Positions 1 through 10,353 of a stretch of 64,000 nucleotides of DNA are shown here, in pieces (the first letter of the stretch is position 1; each line of letters starts with the position of its first letter). Location of the stretch: positions 4,352,001 to 4,416,000 of the forward strand of contig CAXXLZ010000002.1 of NCBI GenBank assembly GCA_963675595.2. The letters are read 5' to 3'. The stretch comes from Thermodesulfobacteriota bacterium. GTDB lineage: Bacteria; Desulfobacterota; Desulfarculia; JACQYL01. The position numbers and the translations under genes were made by a program. The notes under the pieces were generated by a model. That model did no database searches and had not been told where the DNA came from. It saw nothing but the letters and a program-made list of their open reading frames with translations.

Positions 1-1202
1 GCGGTGCCGACCTCGCATCGGTATCCGACACCATCCTCGGTTCCGATATCAGCATTAGTTTGAATCCGGCGACGCTCAACGGCACGTACATTGTCGCCAT
101 TACCGAAACCACGGAGACGACCTCCAACCTTTCGGAATTTTTCTCCGGCAACGCCACGTTCGTGGGAACGCCCAACAGAAATTATATGTTCAGCGGTGAT
201 TACCTGGCGATCACCTATCACAGCAACACGGATGAAGGCGCCGCGGAAGCGGCGGCATATGAGCTCGCGGCCTACGGCGACGGCACGGGTTTGATTACCG
301 TGGAGGCCGGTTGGCTGCCTTCCGTGGATATTCCCTTTACATATACCGTATATCAGGACGGCCGAATCGTACAAGAATCCACTTTGCCCGACGAAACCGA
401 CTCCGGCGGAAAGGGGATCATGAGTTGGGATGGTAGCGTGAGCGTGGGTACGGACGATGACGACACCGACAATGTGTTCGGCCTTGAGTTCACTCTGAAG
501 AAGTCTTCCGGCAAGACCGATGCGAGCCTTGACGGAGAATACGTGAGCGTGGGCTTCTACAGCGGCACCGACGGCTCGAACCCGGCTGCGGCCCGCACGC
601 TGGCCACCTTCAACGGTGACGGCACGGGGACCGTGGGATTGCTCTCCCATTCCGAAACCGAGCTTCCCGAAATTTCTTTCACCTACTTGGTGGCCGACGA
701 CGGTACCTTGACCCATGAATATACCTATCCCGACGAAACCGTTTCGTCCGGCGAGGGTATTGTGAGCGTGGACGACAGCGTAGTCGCCATTGTGGACAAC
801 GACACCGCCGACGGTATCGTGGGTTTCGAGATCGGCATTAAGAAGTCGTCGGGCATGTCCAATGCGGACCTTCAAGGCACTTTCGTGAGCATCGGTTATT
901 ACGCCGTCGCGGACGGATCGTATGCCGGCACGCAGGATGTTACCCTGGTGTTCAACGGGGACGGAACGGGCACGGTCTATTTTCCGGCCAACGGACTGCT
1001 TGAGGGCGTTTCGGATTCCCTGCCTTTCACGTACACCGTGGCTGAAGACGGCACTTTCAGCCATGCCTACACGCTGCCCGATGAGACGGTGGCCGGAGGC
1101 GCCGGTATCGTCAGCCCCGATGGTACGATCATCGCCTCTGTGGACGATGATCCTTCGGACAGCCTCATCGGAATCGAACTGGGCGTCAAGCTCTTCAGAT
1201 AA
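1..1202 (+). CDS. Exported/surface protein with ~3 tandem ~115-aa beta-rich acidic repeats (5' truncated by window edge)
   Basis: Frame is open from position 3 to TAA at 1200-1202; recurring motifs L.G.YV, F.GDGTG, FTY.V..DG, G.GI.S.D and G.E...KKSSG. Confidence 0.75.
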   Translation, partial: GADLASVSDTILGSDISISLNPATLNGTYIVAITETTETTSNLSEFFSGNATFVGTPNRNYMFSGDYLAITYHSNTDEGAAEAAAYELAAYGDGTGLITVEAGWLPSVDIPFTYTVYQDGRIVQESTLPDETDSGGKGIMSWDGSVSVGTDDDDTDNVFGLEFTLKKSSGKTDASLDGEYVSVGFYSGTDGSNPAAARTLATFNGDGTGTVGLLSHSETELPEISFTYLVADDGTLTHEYTYPDETVSSGEGIVSVDDSVVAIVDNDTADGIVGFEIGIKKSSGMSNADLQGTFVSIGYYAVADGSYAGTQDVTLVFNGDGTGTVYFPANGLLEGVSDSLPFTYTVAEDGTFSHAYTLPDETVAGGAGIVSPDGTIIASVDDDPSDSLIGIELGVKLFR

Positions 1203-1210
1203 GACCTCTC

Positions 1211-1243
1211 GGACGGGGGCGGTGCCCCCGTCCTTTGTTTTTT
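1211..1243 (+). terminator. Intrinsic terminator
   Basis: GGACGGGGGC-ggt-GCCCCCGTCC hairpin followed by TTTGTTTTTT right after the stop codon. Confidence 0.85.
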
Positions 1244-1455
1244 CCTGATATTCCTGAAGGGCGCGGTACACCACGCGTGGCTCGGCGACGGATGACGCTT
1301 GGAACCATGCATATTGTCGATGCTTCGTTCCTCCGCCTTCCATAAGGATGGAGCGCCCGGTGGGAGCGTCCCTCCCCGAGAGTTTCGCGGGCCGGCACGA
1401 TGTCGGCCCTTCCGTACGTCTTCAAAGGTGTGGATACACAGGCAAGGGGTTAAGT

Positions 1456-2226
1456 ATGAGGCGTTGGATTCTGGCGTGCGCAGTGATTCTGTGCTTTTCG
1501 ACTCCCTGGGTCGCTTCAGCGGAACCTTCCCAAGAAACGGACGCCCGAAAGATCATTTTGGATGCCTGGAACTACTATCGGGGAAAATCATCCATTGTGG
1601 TTACGGATATGACCATCCATCGTACCTCGTGGGAACGGTCCATGACCATCAAGGCATGGTCTCGTGGCTTGGACGACAGTGTTTTCCTGATTACGGAGCC
1701 GGCCAAGGACAAAGGGAACGGCACGCTCAAAAAGGGCTCCGAAATGTGGACCTACAATCCCAAGATCAACCGGGTGATCAAGCTGCCCCCGTCTCTTATG
1801 TCCCAGTCTTGGATGGGGTCGGACTTTTCGAATAACGATCTTGCCAAGGCCGACAGCATCCTGAACGATTACACACACCAGATCACGGGGAAAGAAACGC
1901 ATGACGGTCTGGAAGTCTACGTCGTCAAGGCCGTGGCCAAACCTCAGGCACCGGTGGTCTGGGGATCCCAAATACTAAAGGTGCGGAGCGACAAGATTTT
2001 GCTCTACGAAGGCTTTTTTGATGAGGACGGGGTTCTGGTAAAGGAAATGGCCGCCGACAAAATCGAGATGCTGGGCGGCAGACTGTTTCCCACGGTCTGG
2101 ACCATGCGCAAGTCGGAATCTTCCGGCGAATACACCAGCCTTCACTATAAGGAGGCGAAATTCGATACGGAGGTTCCGGACCGATATTTCTCCGTATCCT
2201 TCTTGAGAAGTTTCCAGGACGAATGA
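1456..2226 (+). CDS. Outer-membrane lipoprotein-sorting (LolA-like) periplasmic protein
   Basis: Signal peptide MRRWILACAVILCF..ASA from ATG 1456; family motifs P.KDKG...LK and WMGSDFS..DL; next to ABC permeases. Confidence 0.8.
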   Translation: MRRWILACAVILCFSTPWVASAEPSQETDARKIILDAWNYYRGKSSIVVTDMTIHRTSWERSMTIKAWSRGLDDSVFLITEPAKDKGNGTLKKGSEMWTYNPKINRVIKLPPSLMSQSWMGSDFSNNDLAKADSILNDYTHQITGKETHDGLEVYVVKAVAKPQAPVVWGSQILKVRSDKILLYEGFFDEDGVLVKEMAADKIEMLGGRLFPTVWTMRKSESSGEYTSLHYKEAKFDTEVPDRYFSVSFLRSFQDE

Positions 2227-2292
2227 GGGTGGTGGGATAACACCCGGTCGATTGATTTCCCTTCCTTTTCGCGGACGACGGAACGACCTCCT

Positions 2293-3531
2293 ATGCTTCC
2301 CGATCTGAAAATCGCCTGGAGGAATGTATGGCGCAATCCCAGGCGATCCATCCTTACGGCTTCGGCCGTGATTTTTTCGTGTGTTCTCCTGATCTTCATG
2401 GTTTCGTTGCAGATGGGGTCCTACTCCTCGATGATCGACAGTGCGGTGAAGATTCAGACGGGGCACCTTCAGGTTCAAGCCAAAGGGTACCAAAAGGACG
2501 GAAGAATCCGACAGGTGATTCCTCACCCGGAAAGGGTCTCCGAACTGCTCTCGAAAGACCCTCTGGTGGACGCTTTCACGTTCAGATCCCGTGCCTTTGC
2601 CCTGGTTTCTTCCAAGGATCGCACTTACGGGGCCATGGTTGTGGGTGTGGATCCCAAAGGAGAAGAGCGGGTGAGCACCATTCCCTCCGTGGTCCGAAAA
2701 GGAAGCTACTTCACGACGGAAGATGAGGCCCATGTCGTATTGGGCGAAATCCTGGCTGATAACCTATCCGTAGGTCTCGGAGATGAATTGGTGATCCTTG
2801 GACAGGGCTATGATGGTTCCGTGGCCGCCAACGTGCTGAACGTGACAGGGATTTTCAGCTCCGGCCAAACGGATTTCGATCGGAACGTGATCGAGATTCC
2901 CTTATCGGTATTTCAGAACACTTTTTCCATGGGTGATGCGCTCCATGAGATCGTAATTACCAGTGTGGATCTAGAGCAGGTGGACGTTCTGGCTTCCCGA
3001 CTCAACCGAGAGTTGGAAGGCCTCCCGGACGGCAAAGACTTGATCGCCCTCACCTGGGAAGAGTTGATGCCGGGGTTGGAACAGATGATCCGCATCGATA
3101 TGTTCAGTGCCTATATCTTCTACGGAATACTCATCGTAGTAGTGGCTTTCAGCATCATGAACACATTCATCACGGCCATCATGGAGCGAACACGGGAGTT
3201 GGGCGTGCTTTTGGCGGTGGGAGTCCGTCGAAGTCGTTTGATCCGGATGGTGCTCATGGAATCGGTCTTCCTGACCATGCTGGGCGTCACTGCCGGCGTT
3301 GTTTTGGGCTTGGCTTTGACTTCGTATTTCGAGATCCACGGGATCAACATGGGTGTTTCCAGTGAAGTCCTGGGAGAATATGGGCTGCCTTCGGTGATCA
3401 AACCAAAGATTACCTTGGGATCGGCGATTTCCGGTCCTCTGATCGTTTTCGTGGTAACACTGTGCACTGCGGTGTTTCCTGCGCTTCGCATACTCAAACT
3501 GCGCATCGTGAAGGCCCTTACGGCGGTATAG
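2293..3531 (+). CDS. ABC transporter permease, LolE/FtsX/MacB-like
   Basis: IAWRNVWRNPRRS start, large periplasmic loop, ERTRELGVLLAVG motif, C-terminal TM helices. Confidence 0.9.
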   Translation: MLPDLKIAWRNVWRNPRRSILTASAVIFSCVLLIFMVSLQMGSYSSMIDSAVKIQTGHLQVQAKGYQKDGRIRQVIPHPERVSELLSKDPLVDAFTFRSRAFALVSSKDRTYGAMVVGVDPKGEERVSTIPSVVRKGSYFTTEDEAHVVLGEILADNLSVGLGDELVILGQGYDGSVAANVLNVTGIFSSGQTDFDRNVIEIPLSVFQNTFSMGDALHEIVITSVDLEQVDVLASRLNRELEGLPDGKDLIALTWEELMPGLEQMIRIDMFSAYIFYGILIVVVAFSIMNTFITAIMERTRELGVLLAVGVRRSRLIRMVLMESVFLTMLGVTAGVVLGLALTSYFEIHGINMGVSSEVLGEYGLPSVIKPKITLGSAISGPLIVFVVTLCTAVFPALRILKLRIVKALTAV

Positions 3532-3636
3532 CATCTAAGGAACGATGCGGCTTGATCACGGCGAGGGCTGAACGAGTTCGTGAGCTTCGCACTATTTGAC
3601 TTTGCCGCACTTCGGTTTCCATGGGGACATGAAAAT

Positions 3637-4854
3637 ATGCTCTGGCAGATTGCCTGGAAGAATCTTTGGCGAGTTCCCCGCAGGACCGTTGTCGTCTTGA
3701 CGGCCGTGGTGGTGGGGGTTTGGGCCATGCTGGCCTTGGGCGCTCTCAATCGAGGAATGATGGACCAGCTTATGGACAGTGCGGTACGGAATCTCACCGG
3801 ACATGTCCAGATTCAAGCCGCCGGATATTTCAATGACCCAGTGGTACGGCATACCATTCAAGATCCGGAAAAGGTGTTCGCTCTATTGAAGAGCTTACCC
3901 GCCAGGGTTCGTTGGGCTCCGAGGATCAAGGTGCCGGGAGCGGTGAGCAATGCGAGGAACTCGGCCGGTATCTCCATCGTGGGGATCGATCCGGAGCGCG
4001 AAAAGGACGTTTCATTTATCGGTTCGGCAGTGACTCAAGGGGTTTATTTGAGCGCGGATACTCCTTACGGGATTCTCATCGGGGAGAAACTGGCCCATAA
4101 GTTCGAAACCGGACTGGGGAAGAAGCTTGTGGTGATGGCACAGGATGCGGAAGGCAAGATTGCGTCCGGTGGATACCGTATCGCGGGCATTTTTTCCGCT
4201 GAAATGAGGGATACCGAAGAGCAAGTGGCCTTCGTGCATCTGGATTCCCTGAAAAAACTTCTCAAAGTGGGGAACGGGATTTCCATGGTTACCCTGCTCG
4301 CGCCGTCCCACGATATGACGGACTCCCTTGTGCGGGATCTCAAACCCAAGCTGCCCAAAGGTACGGCGCTCTTTACTTGGCGTGAACTCCAGCCTCTTAC
4401 CAATGCCATGCTGGACCTATGGAATTCCATGATGTACCTCTGGTATTTGGTGGTATTTGTAGCCATCGGCTTCGGGCTGGTGAACACCATGCTCATGGCG
4501 GTGCTGGACCGCATCAGGGAATTCGGCATGCTCAAAGCCATCGGAATGAAACCCGGGCGGATCGCACTGTTGATCCTTCTCGAGTCATTAGCTCTCATCA
4601 TTCTTGGTGCGGTGGTGGGTAACGCGGTCACCTTCGCTTTCGTCGCTTGGCTCGGCAAAGTCGGGATCAATTTGAGCGCTTTGGCCGAGGGCATGAATGC
4701 CATCGGCATTCCTCATATCATTTATCCCGCCTTGAGTATGAAGGATTTCCTGCCTGCCAACGGTACGGTGCTCATTCTTGGTTTGTTGGTTTGCCTCTAT
4801 CCCGCGATCAAGGGGGCGAGGATATCTCCGGTAGAGGCCATGAGGAGGACCTGA
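3637..4854 (+). CDS. ABC transporter permease, LolE/FtsX/MacB-like
   Basis: IAWKNLWR, DRIREFGMLKAIG, ISPVEAMR C-terminus; ATG 3637 preferred over the longer ORF start. Confidence 0.9.
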   Translation: MLWQIAWKNLWRVPRRTVVVLTAVVVGVWAMLALGALNRGMMDQLMDSAVRNLTGHVQIQAAGYFNDPVVRHTIQDPEKVFALLKSLPARVRWAPRIKVPGAVSNARNSAGISIVGIDPEREKDVSFIGSAVTQGVYLSADTPYGILIGEKLAHKFETGLGKKLVVMAQDAEGKIASGGYRIAGIFSAEMRDTEEQVAFVHLDSLKKLLKVGNGISMVTLLAPSHDMTDSLVRDLKPKLPKGTALFTWRELQPLTNAMLDLWNSMMYLWYLVVFVAIGFGLVNTMLMAVLDRIREFGMLKAIGMKPGRIALLILLESLALIILGAVVGNAVTFAFVAWLGKVGINLSALAEGMNAIGIPHIIYPALSMKDFLPANGTVLILGLLVCLYPAIKGARISPVEAMRRT

Positions 4855-5039
4855 GCTGAGAAAGGTCGTCTTTGTTTGGTTTGTGAGATTGAGGTAGGTT
4901 TTTTGGCGTTTTCGGTTTAGATCAAGAATACGGGTCGGGCGAAGGTCGGCGGGCCGGATCGGTCATTGGGGCACGCCGGGGTTTCCCATTTTTTCACCGG
5001 ACATCGTGCCGGTGCGTGATTTCGAAAAAGGGATTGCGA

Positions 5040-5729
5040 ATGCCCATGGTGGAATGCGAAAATTTGTCCAAGATGTACCTGCAAGGGGACACCCGAGTAA
5101 AAGCCCTTGACGGTGTGAGCCTCGGAGTGGAAACGGGTGAATTCATGGCCCTGGTGGGGCCGTCCGGATCGGGGAAGACCACACTCCTCAATTTGATTGG
5201 GGGACTGGACGAGGCCTCCTCGGGCGAAGTTCGTGTGGACGGAGATGAGATTACCCGCATGTCGCAATCCGAGCTCTCTGAAATGCGGCTGAGGAAGATC
5301 GGGTTTGTCTTTCAAGCTTACAACCTGATTCCCGTGCTTTCCGCCCTGGAGAACGTGGAGTTTGTGCTGATGCTCCAGGGGGTTGAAAAGGCCGTTCGGC
5401 TTCGAATCGCCAAGGAAATGCTGGAACGGGTCGGGCTGAAGGAGCAAATGAACCGAAGACCCGGGGAAATGTCCGGAGGCCAGCAACAGCGTGTTGCCGT
5501 GGCACGGGCCATCGCTCCGAAACCGGCTGTGGTGCTTGCGGATGAACCAACGGCCAATCTGGATTCACAGACCGGCGAGCACTTGATGGATATCATGGCG
5601 GATCTGAACAAAAAGTTGGGCATCACTTTCGTTTTTTCTACGCACGATGCCATGGTAATGGAACGTGCGCTGAGGGTTGTTCGCCTGAGAGACGGTCACA
5701 TCGAAGAAGACTCGTCTCGATCGTCCTAA
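5040..5729 (+). CDS. ABC transporter ATP-binding protein, LolD-like
   Basis: Walker A GPSGSGKT, signature MSGGQQQRV, Walker B ADEPT, THD switch. Confidence 0.92.
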   Translation: MPMVECENLSKMYLQGDTRVKALDGVSLGVETGEFMALVGPSGSGKTTLLNLIGGLDEASSGEVRVDGDEITRMSQSELSEMRLRKIGFVFQAYNLIPVLSALENVEFVLMLQGVEKAVRLRIAKEMLERVGLKEQMNRRPGEMSGGQQQRVAVARAIAPKPAVVLADEPTANLDSQTGEHLMDIMADLNKKLGITFVFSTHDAMVMERALRVVRLRDGHIEEDSSRSS

Positions 5730-5856
5730 ATCTCGTTCACATGATCCGGCCGTGGCAGGACACGTTCATCGAGAACACGTCTCCACGGCCGGTTTCGGTT
5801 CGCTGCGGGGATCCCTTTTAATGAACGTAATCATTCACGGGGGGGACTCGTCTATT

Positions 5857-5882
5857 GTAGGGGCAGGCCATAGTGCCTGCCC
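5857..5882 (+). repeat. GTAG-type REP-like palindrome
   Basis: GTAG followed by imperfect palindrome GGGCAGGC-catagt-GCCTGCCC, intergenic. Confidence 0.5.
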
Positions 5883-6027
5883 AAAAGTCGGCCGAAGGCC
5901 CACCATCTCCCCTGTGCCCCAGTGCCGGCGTCCCTCTGGGGCACACCCCGTGAATAGGTGCGAATGGAGCGTTGGAGATTGAAGGGATACGAACCCAAGT
6001 TCTAGATTTCCTCGGGAAGGGGCGTGC

Positions 6028-6414
6028 TTGAACATGTCTGAGTCTTCCAAGAAAGCGGGCAAGTCGGCCGAGGCTGTGGCCTTTACGGTGATTCCGACTA
6101 TTGATTTGGAGACGGATCCCGAACGCGCGCTTCTGTTGGATGCGAAGAAGGGCCTTACCAGTGAAGAAGCCCGGATCTTGGCCGACATGAGGGTACTTCG
6201 TGATGAAGCTCTTTCCGTAAAGGCTCGTATTCGGCAATTGGAATCCGGAATGGAGGAGGCCCGTTCGTCGGAAGAACGAGCGGGCCTCAAGGAGCAACTG
6301 CAACGGGAGACGGATACCTTGGAGACCATGCGCGGGCGGTGGAAAATCCTTTCGAAAGCCAGGGATGAGGCTCGACACCGCCGAATGGTGATTCTAGGGC
6401 ACGAAGAGGAATGA
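6028..6414 (+). CDS. Hypothetical coiled-coil protein
   Basis: 128-aa E/R/L-rich helical ORF filling the gap, convergent with thiE. Confidence 0.6.
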   Translation: MNMSESSKKAGKSAEAVAFTVIPTIDLETDPERALLLDAKKGLTSEEARILADMRVLRDEALSVKARIRQLESGMEEARSSEERAGLKEQLQRETDTLETMRGRWKILSKARDEARHRRMVILGHEEE

Positions 6415-6433
6415 ATCCGGAATGTGCCGACTC

Positions 6434-7090
6434 TCAAGCCCTGGGATAGGAAAGAATAATATCGCGCAGTTCGCGAACGCGCGCTCCTATGTCCGGGGCG
6501 CGGGTGACTCCCGTCACCAGGGCGATGCGTCGTGCTCCGGCTTCGAGTACTTGCCGTATGTTGCCTTCGTTGATACCGCCCATGGTGGTGTAAGGGATAC
6601 GCAGGCGCGGAGCGATGAGACGTAAGGCTTCCGGCCCCAGAAACTGCGCCACTTTCTCTTTTGTTTTCGTAGGGAAAATGGGGCCGATGTTCGCATAGTC
6701 GGCCCCGAGTTTTTCCGCTTCGAGTGCTTCTTCCAGGTTGTGGGTGGAAGCGCCGAGGATGAGATCGGGCGCGATTCTCCTGGCTGCTTCGATGGGCAGG
6801 TCTTCCTGCCCCAGGTGAACCCCGTCGGCGTCCACAGCCAGGGCCACGTCCACGTGGTCATTGATGATGAGCAGCGTACCGTGCTTGAGGGTCCGCTTCC
6901 TGAATTCCATGGCCAGTTCGAATAATGGTCCCTTTTCCCAATGCTTTTCGCGAAGTTGAACCATGCGGGCCCCGCCGGCGAGAATCCCGTCCAGCACTTC
7001 AAGATTGCTTCGTCCGTCCGAGAGAGCCTCGCAGGTTACCGGATAGAGGTCCACTTCCATCAATTTCTTGAGACGTTCTTCCCTGTTCAT
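6434..7090 (-). CDS. thiE: Thiamine-phosphate synthase
   Basis: VQLREK, LIIND, ADGVHLGQEDL, GPIFPT motifs; in thi operon. Confidence 0.95.
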   Translation of the reverse strand: MNREERLKKLMEVDLYPVTCEALSDGRSNLEVLDGILAGGARMVQLREKHWEKGPLFELAMEFRKRTLKHGTLLIINDHVDVALAVDADGVHLGQEDLPIEAARRIAPDLILGASTHNLEEALEAEKLGADYANIGPIFPTKTKEKVAQFLGPEALRLIAPRLRIPYTTMGGINEGNIRQVLEAGARRIALVTGVTRAPDIGARVRELRDIILSYPRA

Positions 7091-7293
7091 CCTCCCCCCA
7101 CAAATCGAATCAGTTCCACTTCGTCTCCCTGTTGGAGCGTTACCTGGTCGAGAGTATCTCTTTCAAGGATGGATCGGTTTCTTTCAACTACGACACTACC
7201 GGGGTTGACGTCCAGAGTGCGCAGCAATTCGAGGACCGAGATGGACCCACTGATGGGGTGATCCCGGCCGTTCAGCTGAATGGTGATGTTCAT
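7087..7293 (-). CDS. thiS: Sulfur carrier protein ThiS
   Basis: 68 aa ending FVGGG; ATGA overlap with thiE. Confidence 0.95.
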   Translation of the reverse strand: MNITIQLNGRDHPISGSISVLELLRTLDVNPGSVVVERNRSILERDTLDQVTLQQGDEVELIRFVGGG

Positions 7294-7371
7294 TCATCCT
7301 CCTGCAAGGAACCGGTTTGGAACGCCGCCCCCGACTTCGCATCATGGGTGAGGCGCAGCGGTCCGGGATCT

Positions 7372-8490
7372 TCAGGCAGTGGCCAGAAAGGCCGAGTCCC
7401 AGTCCTTCCAAACAGGATCATAGCCCATGTCGGCTATGGTTTGGGCCACTTGGGCGGGAGTGCGATGGTCCGAGACTTCGAACTGACCCTCGGCATCCCT
7501 GTGAACGGCATAGGCTCCAGGTGCGGTACGGCTTCCGGCACTCATTTGCGTAATACCCAACGGAATGAGGTTGTCCCGAAATTCTTGGGATTCGCGGGTG
7601 GACAAGACCAACCCCGCGTCCGGGAGCCACAAACGGAGGGCACACATCAGTTGAACCATCTGGGCATCGTCCACTGGATAAGGCGGCTCATATCCCCCGG
7701 CAGCGGGACGAAGGCGTGGGAACGACACCGAGATATGGCTTTTCCAGTATCGACGAGTCAGGTAGGCACCGTGTAGTCCCAGAAAAAAACCATCGACGCG
7801 CCATTGCGATAACCCCAGAAGGAATCCCAGGTTGAGTCTCCGGAACCCGGCGCGACCGCCCCGGTCCATGGTTTCCAATCTCCATAGGTAATCGCGTTTT
7901 CTGCCGGCGGGATGCACGTCAAGGTAGCGGTCTCGATTGTAGGTCTCCTGATAAAGCGTTAATCCATCAACGCCCGAGTCGATCAGGGTGCGATAATCCT
8001 CCTCGCTCATTGGATAGACTTCTATGGAGATGGAAGAGAAATCGGAGCGGAGCGCCTGAGCGATTTCTGCGAGATATTCAACCGGAGCATGAGGCGGTGA
8101 TTCACCGCTGACGAGAAGAATGTGACGGAAACCCTGCCGGTGGAGGGACATGGCCTCGGTAACGACTTCGTCTACGGTCAGGGTGGCCCTTTCGATCGGA
8201 TTGTGCCGGTTGAATCCGCAATAGACACACGAATTGGTGCACTCGCTGGAAACGTAGATGGGAGCGTACATCTGAATGGTCCGCCCGAAGTGATGAAGAG
8301 TCGCCTTATGCGAGAGCTTGGCCATTTCCTCCAAATAGGAAGCCGCGGCGGGTGAAAGAAAAGCCGCCAAGTCGGCTTCAGTCTTGGGGTGGGCGCGCAA
8401 GGCGCGCTCAACGTCGGAAGGTCGGCAGGCGAAAACCTGCTCTTCCACGGCAGCCCAATCCGCATCCAACATTCGTTGAACAAAGTTCAT
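7372..8490 (-). CDS. thiH: 2-iminoacetate synthase (radical SAM)
   Basis: [10 protein letters not shown] radical-SAM motif, YQETY, SFPRLRP, PVWKDWD C-terminus. Confidence 0.95.
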   Translation of the reverse strand: MNFVQRMLDADWAAVEEQVFACRPSDVERALRAHPKTEADLAAFLSPAAASYLEEMAKLSHKATLHHFGRTIQMYAPIYVSSECTNSCVYCGFNRHNPIERATLTVDEVVTEAMSLHRQGFRHILLVSGESPPHAPVEYLAEIAQALRSDFSSISIEVYPMSEEDYRTLIDSGVDGLTLYQETYNRDRYLDVHPAGRKRDYLWRLETMDRGGRAGFRRLNLGFLLGLSQWRVDGFFLGLHGAYLTRRYWKSHISVSFPRLRPAAGGYEPPYPVDDAQMVQLMCALRLWLPDAGLVLSTRESQEFRDNLIPLGITQMSAGSRTAPGAYAVHRDAEGQFEVSDHRTPAQVAQTIADMGYDPVWKDWDSAFLATA

Positions 8491-9272
8491 GATTCCGCCC
8501 TCCGGAGGAAGCCGGTGAGGGGAGAACTGGCTTCAGCTTTCCAGCGCAGGCCGCCAAGACCTGAAATGAAGGCCAGTCGACCGGCTTCGACGCCGAGTTT
8601 GAAAGCCTGGGCCATGGCGGCTGGATCCCCGGCCACGGCGATGGCCGTATTGACGAGCACTCCGTCGGCTCCGAGCTCCATGGCCTCAGCGGCATGAGAA
8701 GGAGCGCCAAGCCCGGCGTCGACAATAACCGGAACCGTAGCCTGTTCAATGATGATCTGGATGGAGTCGCGAGTCTTGAGGCCTCGATTCGTTCCGATAG
8801 GGGCGCCCAAGGGCATCACAGTGGCGGTCCCCACGTCCTCTAAGCGTTTGGCCAGAACAGGATCGGCGTTGATGTACGGAAGAACGGTGAAGCCGTCCTT
8901 AACCAGAATCTCGGCCGCTTTGAGCGTTTCGACGGGGTCGGGAAGAAGGTAGTGCGGGTCGGGCGTCACCTCAAGTTTCACCCAGGGTTCGCAGCCCGCG
9001 GCCCTGGAAATACGGGCAAGGCGAACCGCCTCCTCTGCGTCGCGTGCACCGCTTGTATTGGGCAGGATCAGATAGCGCTCGGGGTCGAGCGCGGACATGA
9101 TATCGTCTCCGGGATCGGCCAGATCCACCCTTCTCAGCGCTACGGTGACAATGTCGGATCCCGATGCGTTTATGGCTTCTACCATGGAACGAGAAGAAGG
9201 GAACTTACCGGTTCCGACCAAAAGCCGGGATCGAAAGGATCGGCCGCCTATGACTAAGGGATTGTTTTCCAT
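8487..9272 (-). CDS. thiG: Thiazole synthase
   Basis: [35 protein letters not shown]. Confidence 0.97.
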   Translation of the reverse strand: MENNPLVIGGRSFRSRLLVGTGKFPSSRSMVEAINASGSDIVTVALRRVDLADPGDDIMSALDPERYLILPNTSGARDAEEAVRLARISRAAGCEPWVKLEVTPDPHYLLPDPVETLKAAEILVKDGFTVLPYINADPVLAKRLEDVGTATVMPLGAPIGTNRGLKTRDSIQIIIEQATVPVIVDAGLGAPSHAAEAMELGADGVLVNTAIAVAGDPAAMAQAFKLGVEAGRLAFISGLGGLRWKAEASSPLTGFLRRAES

Positions 9273-9278
9273 TCCGAA

Positions 9279-10049
9279 TCATGTCTCCTGTGAAGTTGAT
9301 TGAGGGAAAGCTTCCCGGCATAGAGCGCAAGAAAGCGGGGGTAACGTAACTTCCCGAAAACGGCAGTCCCCGGCGTCAAAGGTGATCATGCGGCCAAGGA
9401 GGAGTCGGCCGAAACCGGCGAGATATTTGACGGCTTCGAGAGCCTGAATGGAACCGATAATACCGGGAACCGCCCCAAGAACGCCGGCCTGATCGGCGCC
9501 TTGGACTTCAGCGGCATTTGGGGCCTCCTTGAAGACGCACCGAACGCATGGACCGGCGCCGGGAAGCACGGTCATCGTTTGACCGATGAGACCGATCACT
9601 CCGCCATGACTGAAAGGAACTCCGGCTCGGACACAAGCGTCGTTAATGCCGAATTTCGCCTCGAAGTTGTCGGTGGCCTCGACAACGAAATCGTAATCAC
9701 TGATGAGGTCCGCCCCGTTCTCAGCGGTAAATGTCTCAGGGTGAATCCTGAATCGCAGTGCCGGGTTCAGATCAAGAAGCTTATCTAAAGCGGAGTCGAC
9801 TTTGGGACGGCCGATATCCCGAGTAAAGTGCAGAAACTGGCGTTGGAGATTGGAGAGTTCCACTCGGTCGTGATCCATGATGCCGAGGGTGCCTACGCCG
9901 GCGCAGGCGAGTTGGTAAAGAGCCGGGCTTCCCAGTCCTCCCGCGCCCACGACCAGTACCCGCCCAGCCGCCAGTTTCGCCTGCCCGGCGGGCCCGAGTT
10001 CGGGGATCAGCAGATTTCTGCGATAACGCTCAAGGCCGTGTGCATCCAA
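9279..10049 (-). CDS. thiF: ThiS adenylyltransferase, ThiF/MoeB family
   Basis: GAGGLG, SNLQRQ, CVRC and CALC zinc motifs; TTG start preceded by AGAGGAG. Confidence 0.85.
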   Translation of the reverse strand: MDAHGLERYRRNLLIPELGPAGQAKLAAGRVLVVGAGGLGSPALYQLACAGVGTLGIMDHDRVELSNLQRQFLHFTRDIGRPKVDSALDKLLDLNPALRFRIHPETFTAENGADLISDYDFVVEATDNFEAKFGINDACVRAGVPFSHGGVIGLIGQTMTVLPGAGPCVRCVFKEAPNAAEVQGADQAGVLGAVPGIIGSIQALEAVKYLAGFGRLLLGRMITFDAGDCRFREVTLPPLSCALCREAFPQSTSQET

Positions 10050-10084
10050 AAAAAAACCGCTCCTCTCTTTCCGGTAGAGGGCGG
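10048..10084 (-). terminator. Riboswitch expression platform: terminator hairpin containing the thiF RBS
   Basis: Minus strand CCGCCCTCT-loop-AGAGGAGCGG followed by T9. Confidence 0.8.
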
Positions 10085-10109
10085 CTTCTGTAAATGGCCT
10101 TATCAGCCA

Positions 10110-10194
10110 CCGTTTCCCTGCGCAAGGATTAACCCGATCAGGTTCGAAGGGTATGTTCTCAGCCCGGAGCGAAGCCGCCCGGCACCCCCAACGG
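10110..10194 (-). ncRNA. TPP (THI-box) riboswitch aptamer
   Basis: Minus strand CCGTT-GGGGGTG...CTGAGAACATACCC..GAACCTGATCGGGTTAATCC..GCGCAGGGA-AACGG matches the TPP consensus; directly upstream of the thi operon. Confidence 0.95.
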
Positions 10195-10287
10195 AAATTA
10201 GGAAGTTAGCAGATTGTTCACAGGATTGTCAAGTTTTGGATGGAAGAAAATTCTTCTTGGACCGAGTGAGCCGCACCCCAGGAATTG

Positions 10288-10313
10288 AAAAGGGGAGCCG
10301 CAAAAGCTCCCCT
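10288..10313 (-). terminator. Probable terminator of the TPR gene
   Basis: AGGGGAGC/GCTCCCCT inverted repeat with a short T run on the minus strand, 40 bp after the stop. Confidence 0.6.
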
Positions 10314-10353
10314 CGTAGAGTCGATGGAATTTAGGGCGGGCGTGGAGAGAAGA

